Program-made: the position numbers and the translations under genes
Source: Octopus sinensis
Lineage: Eukaryota
Assembly: GCF_006345805.1 (NCBI RefSeq)
Contig: NC_042997.1
Coordinates: 185,690,001-185,754,000 of the forward strand
Length of the DNA: 64,000 nucleotides
Direction of reading: 5' to 3'
In this document: piece after piece, positions 63,946-64,000 of the stretch
Numbering within the stretch: the stretch's first letter is position 1
How the letters are laid out: every line of letters starts with the position of its first letter
Notes under the pieces: generated by a model
What the model was told of the DNA's origin: nothing
What the model saw: the letters and a program-made list of their open reading frames with translations, nothing else
Databases searched by the model: none

Positions 63946-64000
63946 ATCAGTGTTTCTCAAAGGGGAGGCCTATGGGACGGTCGGACAAGTTGTTTTGAGA

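Noticed and set aside
63949-64000. hAT-like terminus CAGTGTTTCTCAA
   Set aside because: Truncated by the window edge, so there is no second TIR or TSD to confirm it.

Overview
Eukaryotic, AT-rich, extremely microsatellite-dense DNA. The SINE families and repeat landscape suggest an octopus (cephalopod) genome; this is inference from family recognition. There is one 100-N scaffold gap (4205-4304). No host protein-coding gene can be supported, and nearly all ORFs in the track are translated microsatellites. The window is a mosaic of tRNA-derived SINEs, LINE remnants (L2/CR1-like, RTE, R4/Dong-like), a decayed full-length mariner, hAT, MITE and Helitron-like remnants, and a tRNA-Phe pseudogene. 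Highlights: (1) a ~360-bp tandem array (28035-30527) whose every unit carries a minimal type I hammerhead ribozyme with a compensatory U3-A8 core, arranged as a head-to-head inverted array between 11-bp direct repeats, resembling a retrozyme or Penelope pLTR; (2) a second, unrelated minimal hammerhead at 3665-3703; (3) a strand-specific (TAA)n-targeting system made of three R4/Dong-like endonuclease-encoding families and a non-coding ~555-bp partner element that is always truncated at the same end; (4) a LINE and a SINE sharing a 3' stem-loop with base-pair covariation; (5) combinatorial SINE head/tail shuffling and recurrent SINE multimers.
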